Below are positions 15,881 to 29,189 of a stretch of 64,000 bases of DNA, one piece after another (position 1 is the first letter of the stretch; each line of letters begins with the position of its first letter). Origin of the DNA: Eledone cirrhosa (Eukaryota); the NCBI GenBank assembly GCA_964016885.1, contig OZ024742.1:285572001-285636000 (forward strand), in the 5' to 3' direction. The notes beneath the pieces were generated by a model that saw only the letters and a program-made list of their open reading frames with translations, was not told the DNA's origin and ran no database searches. A program made the translations under genes and the position numbers.

Positions 15881-17367
15881 AGACCTATAAGAGGTAGACC
15901 CCCCACCATAACCTCAATGGCTAAAAAGACTCCCATAGGAAGGTGGATTGGGTGGACCAAAGCTATACGGACCCCCCAAAACACTGATCAGGTAAGAAAA
16001 ATGGTCGCACATGCAATAGGGGCTAGTATCAAAACTACCCTAAAGGGCCACATATTTAAGTTCAATGAGAAAATCTACACCCAAAATGAGGGAGCAGCCA
16101 TCGGCGTCAGCATAGCTGGTGATGTTGCCAACCTTTTCATGGTATGGTGGGAAAGGAGACTTAAAGATCTCCTTAATGAAAGCTCCATAGACCTCATCAT
16201 GTACTCTCGTTATGTAGACGATATCAATATAGTTATAAGAACACCCCCACTAGAGAGCACTAACAAGTTTGATTTAGAACGTAGCACGATGGAAAGCATC
16301 CAGCAGATAGCTAATTCCATACACCAGAGTATAACTGTAACTATAGACTTCCCTTCCAAACACCCTAACAATAGACTACCTGTATTAGACACAGAACTCT
16401 GGATTAACACTATAGACGAGAGAGCCCAAATTCTCCACTCACACTATGCTAAACCCATGGCCTCCAAATACCTGATACTCAAAAACTCAGCAATGTCCAG
16501 TAGTGCTAAGTTTAATATTCTGATCGCAGATTTGGTACGAGTGATGAAGAATGTGTCCAGCATGTGCGACCCAACAGAAATGGAAGGACACATCCAACAC
16601 TTCATCAACCGCATGCAGTTCTCTGGCTACAACCAAAGAGACAGAGTCAGAGTATACGAAGGAGCCATGGAAAAGTATAAGACCCTCATAGAACTGGACA
16701 TGAAAGGAATTTGCCCACTATACAGGAGCAAATCATGGAATAGCTTAGATAGGGCTAGACATAAGATAGGGAAGGCCACATCATGGTACGACAACCAGAG
16801 ATATCAGAGTGTCATGTTTGTGGACGCCACCCCTGGAGGGAAATTAGCTAACCAGTGTAGAAAGGCCCTGAGAAAGACCCACTTAAAAATAAAGGTGGTA
16901 GAAAAGCCAGGAACCACCATAAAATCCCTGATCAGCAAAACCTACCCTTTTAAGAAAACCCACTGTACCAATAGGAAATGTATCATTTGTAAGGTGAACC
17001 CCCGGATAAACTGTAAAACTAGAAACGTAGTCTATAGCATAAGATGTACAGAGGGTACTTGCAGAAACATGACAACAACATACATAGGTGAGACAGCTCG
17101 TAGCATAGGTGAAAGGATAGACCAACACTGGGGGAACTAAAAGGACGAAAAAACGGGTCAGTACTATACGAACATGCTAGACAACAACATGACGGTAACA
17201 TAGACAACATAGAAATTAGAATAATATCTAAACATAGGAATGACCCAGCAGATAGGCAAATCAGAGAGGCCAGTGAAATAGAAATTAGAAGACCAAAGCT
17301 AAACAGAAAGAATGAGTGGAACAACAACAACACCCAAACAAACAACACTGACCTAAGAGAAGTATAA
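15881..17367 (+). pseudogene. PLE RT (C-terminal half) plus Cys-rich linker plus GIY-YIG endonuclease; single frameshift near 17140
   Basis: QNEGAAIGVSIAGDVANLFM, YSRYVDD, LPVLD, HYAKPMAS, MQFSGY; C-x4-C-x2-C-x7-C; VVYSIRC..YIGETARS..ER..H; the shifted frame continues SVLYEH..H..RQIREA..LNRKNEW to TAA at 17365-17367. The frame is open from 15881, so the ATG at 15917 is internal. Confidence 0.93.
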
Positions 17368-17623
17368 ATAAGTAAATAAAATTAAATAAAATAAGATAAA
17401 TAAATACATACACAAGCACATAAACACACACTAGTCACCCAGCAGACACAACACTATACACACTAGTCACACATCACACTATACACACACGCAAACGCAT
17501 GCGCAAAGAAGACAAAATAAAATAAGATAAACAAACAAGCAAATAAATAAATAAATATATAGACAGACTGAACAAAAAAAAATGGCGTAGACATACAACA
17601 CAACAGGAGGAACAATGAATATA

Positions 17624-17666
17624 ACACCACTGACGATGTTGCAGATGTGCAACGAAAGATTTATGT
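17624..17666 (+). ncRNA. Hammerhead ribozyme core in the 3' pLTR of the PLE
   Basis: CTGACGA-T-GTTGCA-GATG-TGCAAC-GAAA-GATT-TA^TG; perfect 6-bp stem II, weak stem I. Confidence 0.7.
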
Positions 17667-18837
17667 AAATTATGTAAACTATATATATGTGTTTGTGTCT
17701 ATATTGTATCTGTATTATTTTTGACCGCCGGTCAGTCAATGGCAACATTGAGGACCGAGTAAGTTAGATCGCAGATATATATATATAAAAGACAGCGAGA
17801 AGCGAAAACCAACCAAACAGTGAGTGTGTTCTGTTATTAATTCTGGCAATATTACGCAAATATGACCCTCCCCAAATATAACAATATATATATATACATA
17901 TATGTATAATATTAAGGATACTTTTTATGGTTATGTATATACTAAAACTTTTTATAGTTATGTATATTTTAAACCCTAAACAGTAATTTATTACTACCTT
18001 ATTACCAGTAAGATAAATAGCTCAATGTAATAACATCAGTTGTTCTACAGAGCAGTTATATAGAATTCACAAGAATCAAAGCTATGTTCAAACCTAGGCT
18101 TGACTTCTTTCAATGTTTGTACACATAATTGACCTCCTTTCCAACGCAAGAGACATACAGATACATATATATATATTGATGTACATGAAGTGACATATAT
18201 TATACTATATTATTTCTGTATAGCAATTCAAATTCAAAATCAAAATCAAAATTAAAATTAAAACAAAATTAAAACAAAATTAAAACAAAATTAAAACAAA
18301 ATTAAAACAAAATTAAAATACATTCGGCAGTTAACACAGATAATGTAAGAGGATAGTTTGTTAGTCAGATGTAGTAGTTAGTGTATGCGTTAGTTACACG
18401 TGGGCCATGCAAGTGTGTCTCATTTATATATGATTATTATGTGGCAGGGTGTTACATGTAATACAAGCACTTTAAGCGGGTAAGTAAGAGTATTATGGTG
18501 GTTGTAGTGGTAAGGTATTTTTTGTATATAGTAAAAAAGTATGTGTGCAGAAAAATAAAAATAAAAAGGAGAAGCAAAGTTATGGTTTTCGTATCCCTCA
18601 CCATTTTCACATTCAGGAAAATCAAGAAATAGTTTTTACATCCATCACATAAGTAACGATGATTCCGTATTGGATGTTTGATGCATTAAACTAAATTATT
18701 TTAGCTTATTGGGGCTCAGTGTTATTTAATCCAAATTTATAGAATAGGTTGATTCTACAGCAAGAAATTACACACATACTTCCGGATAATAAACCGCTGT
18801 AATTTCTCGCAGCAGAAACAACCTGTATATATATATG

Positions 18838-18927
<90 letters not shown>

Positions 18928-19001
18928 ATTATATATATATATATGTATATATATGTATATATATACACATGTATATATATATGTATATATATTTGTATAT
19001 A

Positions 19002-19047
<46 letters not shown>

Positions 19048-19055
19048 TATACACA

Positions 19056-19804
19056 GTTCAAGACTAACCAATCTTAAAGAGAGAGATAGAGATATGAGCG
19101 GAGATATGAGAGGAGAGATTGGTGAATTAGTTAGAAGCCAAAGCGTAAAGACATGTGCTCAATGTGCAATATGCAGTAGAAAGCAGCTAGGTGGCTGGGT
19201 TCATGCAGAAGTTAGGTGCGTAGAGCTGGAAATATTCATTAGTTAAGCAAAACAAGACCACAAATTTCACAAGGAAGACATTATTAAAAAATTGTCAACA
19301 TATTTTAGTTTGATGTAAGGAATGTAGAGAATAATAATAATAATATTAATAATAATAATGTCCGTTTACAATTGTTTCGCTACTCCATATAATATTTCTG
19401 GATCAGATGACTATATATCATAATTGATCTGGTTTAGTTGAAAATAATTAACATATTTAAAAGACAGAGCGGCTCATCGGAACTTCAAAGTAAAAACCAA
19501 TATATGGAACATTATATTATGTAACATTCTCTCATTATTTTAATTTATATTCCTTTGAAGTTCCGATGAGCCGCTCTGTCTTTTAAATATGATAATTATT
19601 TTCAACTGAACCAGATCAATTATGATATATAGTCATCTGATCCAGAAATATTATATGGAGTAGCGAAACAATTGTAAACGGACATTATTATTATTAATAT
19701 TATTATTATTATTCTCTACATTCCTTACATCAAACTAAAATATGTTGACAATTTTTTAATAATGTCTTCCTTGTGAAATTTGTAGTCTTGTTTTGCTTAA
19801 CTAA

Positions 19805-19811
<7 letters not shown>
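19056..19811. mobile_element. Large fold-back PLE-type element (arms about 259 bp, 62-bp spacer)
   Basis: 19232-19490 is a near-perfect reverse complement of 19553-19811; unique tail 19056-19231; TA tracts on both sides. Confidence 0.85.
19560..19679 (+). ncRNA. Hammerhead with extended stem II and CCGAUGA core
   Basis: GTT-CCGATGA-GCCGCTCTGT..(about 75 nt)..ATGGAGTAGC-GAAA-CAATTG-TA^AAC; mirrored on the minus strand at about 19364-19483. Confidence 0.65.
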
Positions 19812-19889
<78 letters not shown>

Positions 19890-19899
<10 letters not shown>

Positions 19900-20698
19900 T
19901 TTGTGAAATGGGTGGTGGTTGAAATTCAGATGTGCACTGTTAAATGGCAATAGACGTGGTCGGACGGACATGAAAATTTACACACCTATGTAAAAAGTGC
20001 CAAGGAAGCAAATAGACGAGGCTTCAAATCTCTAACTTGAAAAATGTGGTCCTAGGGCTCCCAAACTGTCTATTTACTCTCGCATTCGGTGAGTTATTTC
20101 TCCCTGTTCTAATAATCGGCTGAGTTATTTACAATTTCATACACATTTTTAAACTCATCAACGTTCTTTCGCTGTTAACATACAGTACCAATAATTTGAA
20201 AAATATTATTGAAAGTTTATTATAAAGAAGCAGTTTCAGGAAAAAGTGTAAACTATCATACAAACCTTCATAATATGCATTTTTAATCTTGCATATCATC
20301 GACATTGCTATTTCGCTGTTAATAAACTATCATCCTTCTACATTTAACGATCATACAGTACCGTTTTATGAAATCGATTCTGCAGTACGGTCACTGTTTT
20401 CCACCAAAAGAAATAAAACCCTTAAATTGCGTGTTTTTATTGTAATTCTAATACATGTTAACCACCACTAACAGTAAGTACTATTTTTCAAATTGCATAT
20501 CATCGACATTGCTATTTCGCTGTTAATAAACAACACTTTTCACGTCGCTCCACTTCTCATTGTACGCCGTCCAGCCCCAAGTGCATATTTCTATTTTTTT
20601 CCCTGAAACTGCTTCTTTATAATAAACTTTCAATAATATTTTTCAAATTATTAACTTAATAAAAAGTGGCCCCGGGTGCAACCGGGCTCAGCTGGTAG
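19890..20698 (+). mobile_element. Non-autonomous Helitron
   Basis: 3' hairpin CCCGG-GTGCAA-CCGGG followed by ..GTAG^T (CTAG in the sister copy); internal direct and inverted duplications; 5' boundary hidden in a TA tract. Confidence 0.65.
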
Positions 20699-20713
20699 TA
20701 TTATATATATATA

Positions 20714-20829
20714 CTAGCAGCTGAGCCCGGTTGCACCCGGGGCCACTTTTTATTAAGTTAATAATTTGAAAAATATTATTGAAAGTTTATTATAAACAAG
20801 CAGTTTCAGGAAAAAAAATAGAAATATGC
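20714..20829 (-). mobile_element. Helitron 3' end fragment, tail-to-tail with the previous copy
   Basis: Reverse complement of about 20583-20698; ends in CTAG^T on the minus strand. Confidence 0.7.
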
Positions 20830-21392
<563 letters not shown>

Positions 21393-21555
21393 GAATGTAA
21401 ATATCAACATTTAGTAGCGTTAATTCACAAAACTGCATACAACAGCAGAAACAATGACAACAACAACAAGAACAGCAGCTCATAAAATATTGCAGCAGCA
21501 ACTACTACAACAATAAAAAGTGTAGTGACATGATGAAATATCGGAATAGCAATTT

Positions 21556-24302
21556 CTACCACCAGCAGCACCATCACTACCATGACCACCACTACCACCA
21601 CCAACATCACTACCATCACCACCACTGCTACCACCACCACCACCACCACCACCACCATTACTACCACCACCACCACTGCTACCAGCACCACCACCACCAC
21701 CACCATTATTACCATCACACCACTGCTACCACCAGCACCACCCCACCATTACTACCATCACCACCACTGCTACCACCACCACCACCACCACCACCACCAC
21801 CACCAGCACCACCACCACCACCACCACTACCACCATTACTACCATCACCACCACTGCTACCACCAGCACCACCACCACCATTACTACCATCACCACCACT
21901 GCTACCACCACCACCACCACCACCACCACCACCACCACCACCATTACTACCACCACCACCACTGCTACCACCACCACCACCACCACCACCATTATTACCA
22001 TCACACCACTGCTACCACCAGCACCACCCCACCATTACTACCATCACCACCACTGCTACCACCACTACCACCACCACCACCACCACCACCACCACCACCA
22101 CCACCATTACTACCACCACCACCACTGCTACCACCAGCACCACCCCCACCATTACTACCATCACCACCACTGCTACCACCACCACCACCACCACCACCAC
22201 CATTACTACCACCACCACCACTGCTACCACCACCACCACCACCACCACCACCACCACCCCCACCATTACTACCATCACCACCACTGCTACCACCACCACC
22301 ACCACCACCACCACCATTACTACCACCACCACCACTGCTACCACCACCACCACCACCACCACCACCACCACCCCCACCATTACTACCATCACCACCACTG
22401 CTACCACCACCACCACCACCACCACCACCATTACTACCACCACCACCACTGCTACCACCACCACCACCACCACCACCATTATTACCATCACACCACTGCT
22501 ACCACCAGCACCACCCCACCATTACTACCATCACCACCACTGCTACCACCACCACCACCACCACCACCACCACCACCAGCACCACCACCACCACCACCAC
22601 TACCACCATTACTACCATCACCACCACTGCTACCACCAGCACCACCACCACCATTACTACCATCACCACCACTGCTACCACCACCACCACCACCACCACC
22701 ACCACCACCATTACTACCACCACCACCACTGCTACCACCACCACCACCACCACCACCATTATTACCATCACACCACTGCTACCACCAGCACCACCCCACC
22801 ATTACTACCATCACCACCACTGCTACCACCACTACCACCACCACCACCACCACCACCACCACCACCACCACCACCACCACCATTACTACCACCACCACCA
22901 CTGCTACCACCAGCACCACCCCCACCATTACTACCATCACCACCACTGCTACCACCACCACCACCACCACCACCACCACCACCACCACCATTACTACCAC
23001 CACCACCACTGCTACCACCACCACCACCACCACCACCACCATTATTACCATCACCACCACTGCTACCACCAGCACCACCCCCACCATTACTACCATCACC
23101 ACCACTGCTACCACCACCACCACCACCACCACCACCACCACCACCACCACCACCACCACCATTACTACCACCACCACCACTGCTACCACCACCACCACCA
23201 CCACCATTATTACCATCACACCACTGCTACCACCAGCACCACCCCACCATTACTACCATCACCACCACTGCTACCACCACCACCACCACCACCACCACCA
23301 CTACTACCATCACCACCACTGCTACCACCACCACCACCACCACCACCATTATTACCATCACCACCACTGCTACCACCAGCACCACCCCCACCATTACTAC
23401 CACCACCACCACCACCACCATTACTACCATCACCACCACTGCTACCACCAGCACCACCACCACCATTACTACCATCACCACCACTGCTACCACCACCACC
23501 ACCACCACCACCATTACTACCATCACCACCACTGCTACCACCACCACCACCACCATTACTACCATCACCACCACTGCTACCACCACCACCACCACCACCA
23601 CCATTACTACCATCACCACCACTGCTACCACCACCACCACCACCACCACCACCATTACTACCATCACCACCACTGCTACCACCACCACCACCACCACCAT
23701 TACTACCATCACCACCACTGCTACCACCACCACCACCACCACCATTACTACCATCACCACCACTGCTACCACCAGCACCACCACCACCACCACCACCATT
23801 ATTACCATCACCACCACTGCTACCACCAGCACCACCACCACCATTACTACCATCACCACCACTGCTACCACCAGCACCACCACCACCATTACTACCATCA
23901 CCACCACTGCTACCACCACCACCACCACCACCACCATTACTACCATCACCACCACTGCTACCACCACCACCACCATTACTACCATCACCACCACTGCTAC
24001 CACCACCACCACCACCACCATTACTACCATCACCACCACTGCTACCACCACCACCACCACCACCATTACTACCATCACCACCACTACTACCACCAGCACC
24101 ACCACCACCACCACCACCATTATTACCATCACCACCACTGCTACCACCACCACCACCACCACCATTACTACCATCACCACCACTGCTACCACCAGCACCA
24201 CCACCACCATTACTACCATCACCACCACTGCTACCACCAGCACCACCACCACCATTACTACCAGCACCACCACCACCATTACTACCATCACCACCACCAC
24301 CA
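21556..24302. repeat. (ACC)n-derived compound minisatellite (ATTACTACCATCACCACCACTGCT plus a variable ACC run)
   Basis: Visible repeat; source of the 977-aa and 924-aa poly-P/T/H ORFs. Confidence 0.95.
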
Positions 24303-24408
24303 ACAGCAACAACAACGAAATGCGAAGACAAGGTTATGCAGCTGGAAATATGTTAAAAGTACACACAGAGTTTATTCATATCAGACATGAGTTGGCGGAA
24401 GTTATGTG

Positions 24409-24461
<53 letters not shown>

Positions 24462-24464
<3 letters not shown>

Positions 24465-24845
24465 TATGTATGTATACGTACATACATATACGTATACAGA
24501 CGTATAGTAGTATGTATATATATATACATACATGCACACATATATATATGTACGTTTGGATTCACCGAACATTTATTATAATGCTCGGTGTGTTTGTAAA
24601 CAAACATTCCGAGCATTGTACCAGTAATGCACTGGGATAATTGCTGGCCTTGTGCCTAAAGTAGAAACAATTATAATAATTGTTCGGTGAATCCATACGT
24701 ACATATATATATATATGTGCATGTATATATATATATATACATACTACTGTACGTCTGTATACATATATGTATGTACGTATACATACTTATATTTAAGTAA
24801 CAGCCGTACTAAGAGTGAGAAATGAAATTTCGTTTCATTTTTTCC
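24462..24845. mobile_element. Family D fold-back element interrupted at its centre by a SINE 3' fragment
   Basis: About 24462-24572 is inverted to 24681-24790; SINE tail at 24618-24672; unique tail GCCGTACTAAGAGTGAGAAATGAAATTTCGTTTC. Confidence 0.7.
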
Positions 24846-24893
24846 TTATATATATATATTTTTTTTTTTTCCGAAAATAGATATATTTTTTCC

Positions 24894-24971
<78 letters not shown>

Positions 24972-25154
24972 ATATATATATATATATATGAAAAACCACA
25001 GAGCCTCCATCTCAACTCACCTTTTGAACAGCAAAAGAACTGCGAAACCGGTAAAGGAACCAAATAAATATATATATTTAAAAAAAAAATAAGACTCCAG
25101 TTGCATTTTCGATTTCATCTCTTTTTCTTTATATATATATATATATATATACAC

Positions 25155-25299
<145 letters not shown>

Positions 25300-25448
25300 T
25301 ATATATAAGTATTCGTCTCATTCGGGAAACCTCTGGTAATGAGGTAATTATATTGTATTGTTTATTATACATTAAATTCAGCTCTGGTACTTACATAGAG
25401 CACTCTTCACTCCTATGACTTTTTCAATTTTCAACGGAAACTTCAATA

Positions 25449-25488
<40 letters not shown>

Positions 25489-25610
25489 AACAAGTATGAC
25501 CCCGACGGCAGAGCTCAAGCCGTTTCGATGGCTATTTCTGGACTAAATAATAATTTTTAGCCTGGTAAATGACAAATATATATATATATATATATCTGGC
25601 AGAAGGGTAT

Positions 25611-25653
25611 ACGGTGCTGATGATAGCTAACAAGCTTGAAACTAGTACATCGT
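25611..25653 (+). ncRNA. Minimal type I hammerhead heading a family D element (25596-25942)
   Basis: ACGGTG-CTGATGA-t-AGCT-AACA-AGCT-t-GAAA-CTAG-TA^CATCGT; 6-bp stem I with one G-U; palindromic ACTAGT. Confidence 0.88.
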
Positions 25654-25810
25654 TCCTGTGTCAGTGTTGAACAAAAAGGTGACGTGGTTGCCTTAACACC
25701 GTACGGCATAAAATTCAGGCTGTTCAGTTTGTTTACAAACGAACAAAGCGGCGTTATAATAAGCGTCCGCTAAACTGATACGTGCATATATGTATGTGTA
25801 CCTGTATGTA

Positions 25811-25890
<80 letters not shown>

Positions 25891-25940
25891 TGCTACTGTA
25901 CGTCTGTATACATATATGTATGTACGTATACACACATACT

Positions 25941-25971
<31 letters not shown>

Positions 25972-25998
25972 AAAAAGAGATGAAATCGAAAATGCAAT

Positions 25999-26047
<49 letters not shown>

Positions 26048-26058
26048 CATTATTACCA

Positions 26059-26250
26059 GGGCAGTGGATTGGCAGTATCGGTAGAGGGTCGGACGCCATG
26101 CTTTCCAGCATAGTTACGTCCCTTTACGATCTGAGTTCAAATCCCGCCGAGGTTGACTTTGCCTTTCATCTTTACGGGGTCGATAAAATAAAGTACCAGT
26201 AATGCACTGGGTAATTTGCTGGCCTTGTGCCTAAAGTAGAAACAATTATT
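26059..26250 (+). mobile_element. tRNA-derived SINE, main family
   Basis: Near-identical to 12782-12971. Confidence 0.9.
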
Positions 26251-26584
26251 ACCATTGTCCTTGACTACACATACACACACATACATATATGTTTAATCAA
26301 GGGCAATGGTGATGGTGATGATATTGATGATGATGGTGATTACGAAGAAGTTGAGGTGGTAGTAATGAGAATGGTTGTTGTGGTGATGATGATGATAAGA
26401 TGGAGTGGGAGTGGAAGAAAGCAAAAAAAAAAAATTAAGGTAGACGAAAAAGAAAAGTACTAAAAATACAATGAAAAGAGCACCGAAAATCATTACTACT
26501 ACTACTACTACTTGTAGTGACCCTTTCTGTAGAAAACGATATTTCGCGTCCGTTGATGTCAATAAGTGGAAAGCTCTGGAGCTC

Positions 26585-26725
26585 AGTACATTACTGGTAC
26601 TTAATTTTATCGACCCTGGGAAGATGAAAGGCAAAGTTTTGACACGATTTGAACACAGAATGTAAAGTGCCTTGACTAAACACCACAAGGTATATTGTCT
26701 GACACTCTACCGATTCTGCCAATCC
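26585..26725 (-). mobile_element. tRNA-derived SINE, diverged
   Basis: CTGGTACTT..TTTATCGACC..GATGAAAGGCAAAG..GATTTGAAC..TCTACCGATTCTGCCAATCC. Confidence 0.8.
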
Positions 26726-26846
26726 GATAACAGTAACAAAACCACACAGACACACACACATACACACACACATACCCCCCCCCCCCCCCCATATAAATAT
26801 ATATATATTATTTACACACACACACATATACAACATCAGCAAAAAC

Positions 26847-26970
26847 CGGCCAAATGGCCAAATGATTAGGGTGTTAAACTCATGAATTTAAGATTGTGGG
26901 TTCGATTTCTGCAACGGACGGCACGTTGTGTTTTTGAGCAAGACGCTTCATTTTCGCTCTGCTTTCCAGC
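26847..26970 (+). mobile_element. tRNA-derived SINE, second family
   Basis: TGGCCAAATGATTAG..GGGTTCGATT..GTTGTGTTTTTGAGCAAGACGCTT; relatives at 36050-36195 (minus) and 54470-54592 (minus). Confidence 0.65.
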
Positions 26971-27048
26971 GTAGGACTGTGGTCCCTATTGTTAAAAATC
27001 CAGTGGAAAATCTTTTACGAGATTCAGCCCCGTACGAGGCCAGCTAAA

Positions 27049-27083
<35 letters not shown>

Positions 27084-27134
27084 GACAGCTATATTACAGT
27101 ATGCATTATACCATAGTACAGACATAACCATGAC

Positions 27135-27448
27135 CAGGGTCGGATGGATTGGGGGCAATTGCCCCGGGCCCCGTCAGTGGGGGCCCCCACCAGCGACAGC
27201 CGCAGCAATTTATTTGTGCCCTCGGCTTGGTTTTTTAGTTTTAGGATGGTTAGAATTTTTTAATTTAATACTTGTATGTATAACTTTTCAAATCCAATTA
27301 CTTGCGCCAAATTAACTTAGATATATAAAATTGCGGGGGTGGGACGTGGGGGTGTATTTGCTGTGTATTCTAATTGTTTGTGTATGAAGCCCCCCTCCCC
27401 CTCTAAACCTGAAGCGCCCCGGGATCCCAAGGTCTAAATCCAACCCTA
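27135..27448. mobile_element. hAT-type MITE
   Basis: TIR CAGGGTCGGAT / ATCCAACCCTA; imperfect 8-bp TSD ACCATGAC / ACCATGGT; GGGCCCC subterminal motifs. Confidence 0.65.
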
Positions 27449-27469
27449 ACCATGGTAACGCAGCAATAG

Positions 27470-27850
27470 ACAGAAGGCCTGTAATTTGTAGGGAGGAAAA
27501 ATTCGATTTTATCAACACCAATGGTACTTTATTTTATCGACCCCAGTAAGAAGAAAATGTCGCAAAGCATTTTTTTCGTCGTTCTGACGATTTTGCCAAC
27601 CAAGCAACCACCCTTATAAAGGTTTATAATTTTTGTACAAGGCCAGCAATTTTTTGGGCAAGTTGGGGAAGGGAGGGAGGAGGAAGTTGATCAAACTGAC
27701 CTCTGAATTTTACTGGTTCTTTATATTATCGACCTTGGAAGAATGAAAGGCAAAGTTAACTTAGCCGGGATTTGAAATCAGAATGTAACGTTCAGAAACA
27801 AATACCTGAAGGCATTTTGTGCGACACTCTAATGATTCTGCCAATCCCCA
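27470..27850 (-). mobile_element. Two tandem diverged SINEs, main family
   Basis: GGTACTTTATTTTATCGACCCC near 27522; full minus copy about 27635-27848. Confidence 0.75.
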
Positions 27851-28444
27851 ATATTTAGACTGAATGGTCCAGTGGTCTAGGACATTGTTCTTCCACGTAG
27901 TAGTTCTCAGTTCGGCCCCACTTTCCGGCGTCGTTGTTACTACGTGGACAAAAACTATCTTGTATTTACCTCAGTCATCTGTGGTCTGATTCAAATCCCA
28001 CCAAGGTCAACTTGACATTCCTCTTTTTAACGTCTATGGTAGGTAGGGGCCCCACCATTAAAATACCCGCCAACATTTCCTATGCAAACAAAAATAACAT
28101 CGAAACTGTGTCTGCAGGCTGAAGATAGGTCACTACATTAATGCACAGCATTTACTGCAGCAACGCCTGGGAGAGGATCTCTGTCTCCTTTTACTTCATA
28201 TCTGAAAGACCCTAAGAAGCCTCACAGGCACCACCCTCATCCTCTGACGTTCTCTGTGTGTACGTGTATTTGCACATGTCGTTTGTAATGAAATACACAG
28301 TATTTGAATTAATTACTGAAGAATCTGAAGGGCTTTATTAACAAAAAATATAATAATAAATCATTAAGATTGTATTTATAACACAACTTAACACAAATAT
28401 ACGCTGGAAAGCTTTTAAATGAGTGATTTTGTTTCATGGGACCA

Positions 28445-28615
28445 AAGGCGTTTGTGGCATGTCGGCGAATTTGCAGAGACGTTAGAACGTCGGATAGAAT
28501 GCTTTGCGGTATTTGATCCACCTCTCTGAGTTCAAATCCCAGCCATGTCAATTTTGCCTTTCACCCTTTTGAGGTCGATAAAAAAAGTACCAGTATAGTA
28601 CTGGGGTTGATTCTT
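28445..28615 (+). mobile_element. Diverged SINE, main family
   Basis: CTGAGTTCAAATCCC..TTTGCCTTTCACCCTTTTGAGGTCGATAAAA..GTACCAG. Confidence 0.75.
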
Positions 28616-29189
28616 CGTCTACATCTTTTACTCACTTCCATTCTCTCACTCACTATCCTTTTCAAGAAGATATCTGCTGTATTTAGACCTAGAGAGGAGA
28701 TGGGCGCTGCCAGTTTTAAAAATGTGTTACAATACGGCGCCCCTACGACTTCCTCAAGAGATACCGGACCATACATAGTATCAAAAGGGTTATAATAGGA
28801 TCAGTCTTGATCAAACAAACCTATGATCAAATGCATTCTATCCACATCAATTTCATTTCTTACTTATGTGTCCTGTGTCTAAGACGGAACGGTTTGATTT
28901 GGGAAAGATTTAGTTGCTATTTCTAGCAGTTGATGTGATCATGTAGAGGCCCATTTCATTGGAAAATGAATCACATTAAATGTGAGATTTGAAAAATACA
29001 ACAACAATAATAAAGACAACATATACCAGTACAACAACAAGAATAATAAAAAAATTTTTCTTTAAAAAGAGAAGAAAATAATTTAACAAAATAGTAACCC
29101 AATATGTCAATACAACAACAACAACAACAGCAACAGTAAATATCAACTATAAAACCAAGTATAAGAACACCAACGAATATAGCAGAAAC

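Larger units (their letters stand above)
15748..17887 (+). mobile_element. 5'-truncated Penelope-like retroelement, probably Naiad clade, with an inverted pLTR at its 5' end, inserted in (TA)n
   Basis: About 15803-15876 is the reverse complement of 17815-17887; RT+GIY-YIG ORF; hammerhead core in the 3' pLTR; TA tracts on both sides. Clade assignment is from motif recollection. Confidence 0.9.

Noticed and set aside
15881-17367. Selenocysteine recoding, as reported for some Naiad elements
   Set aside because: No in-frame TGA in the retained ORF; the interruption is a TAA created by a frameshift.
21530-24463. 977-aa and 924-aa extensin, mucin or His-rich ORFs, and the Gly-rich antisense ORF
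   Set aside because: An (ACC)n-derived repeat is stop-free in several frames at once and the reading switches among P, T and H runs; no signal peptide or domain.
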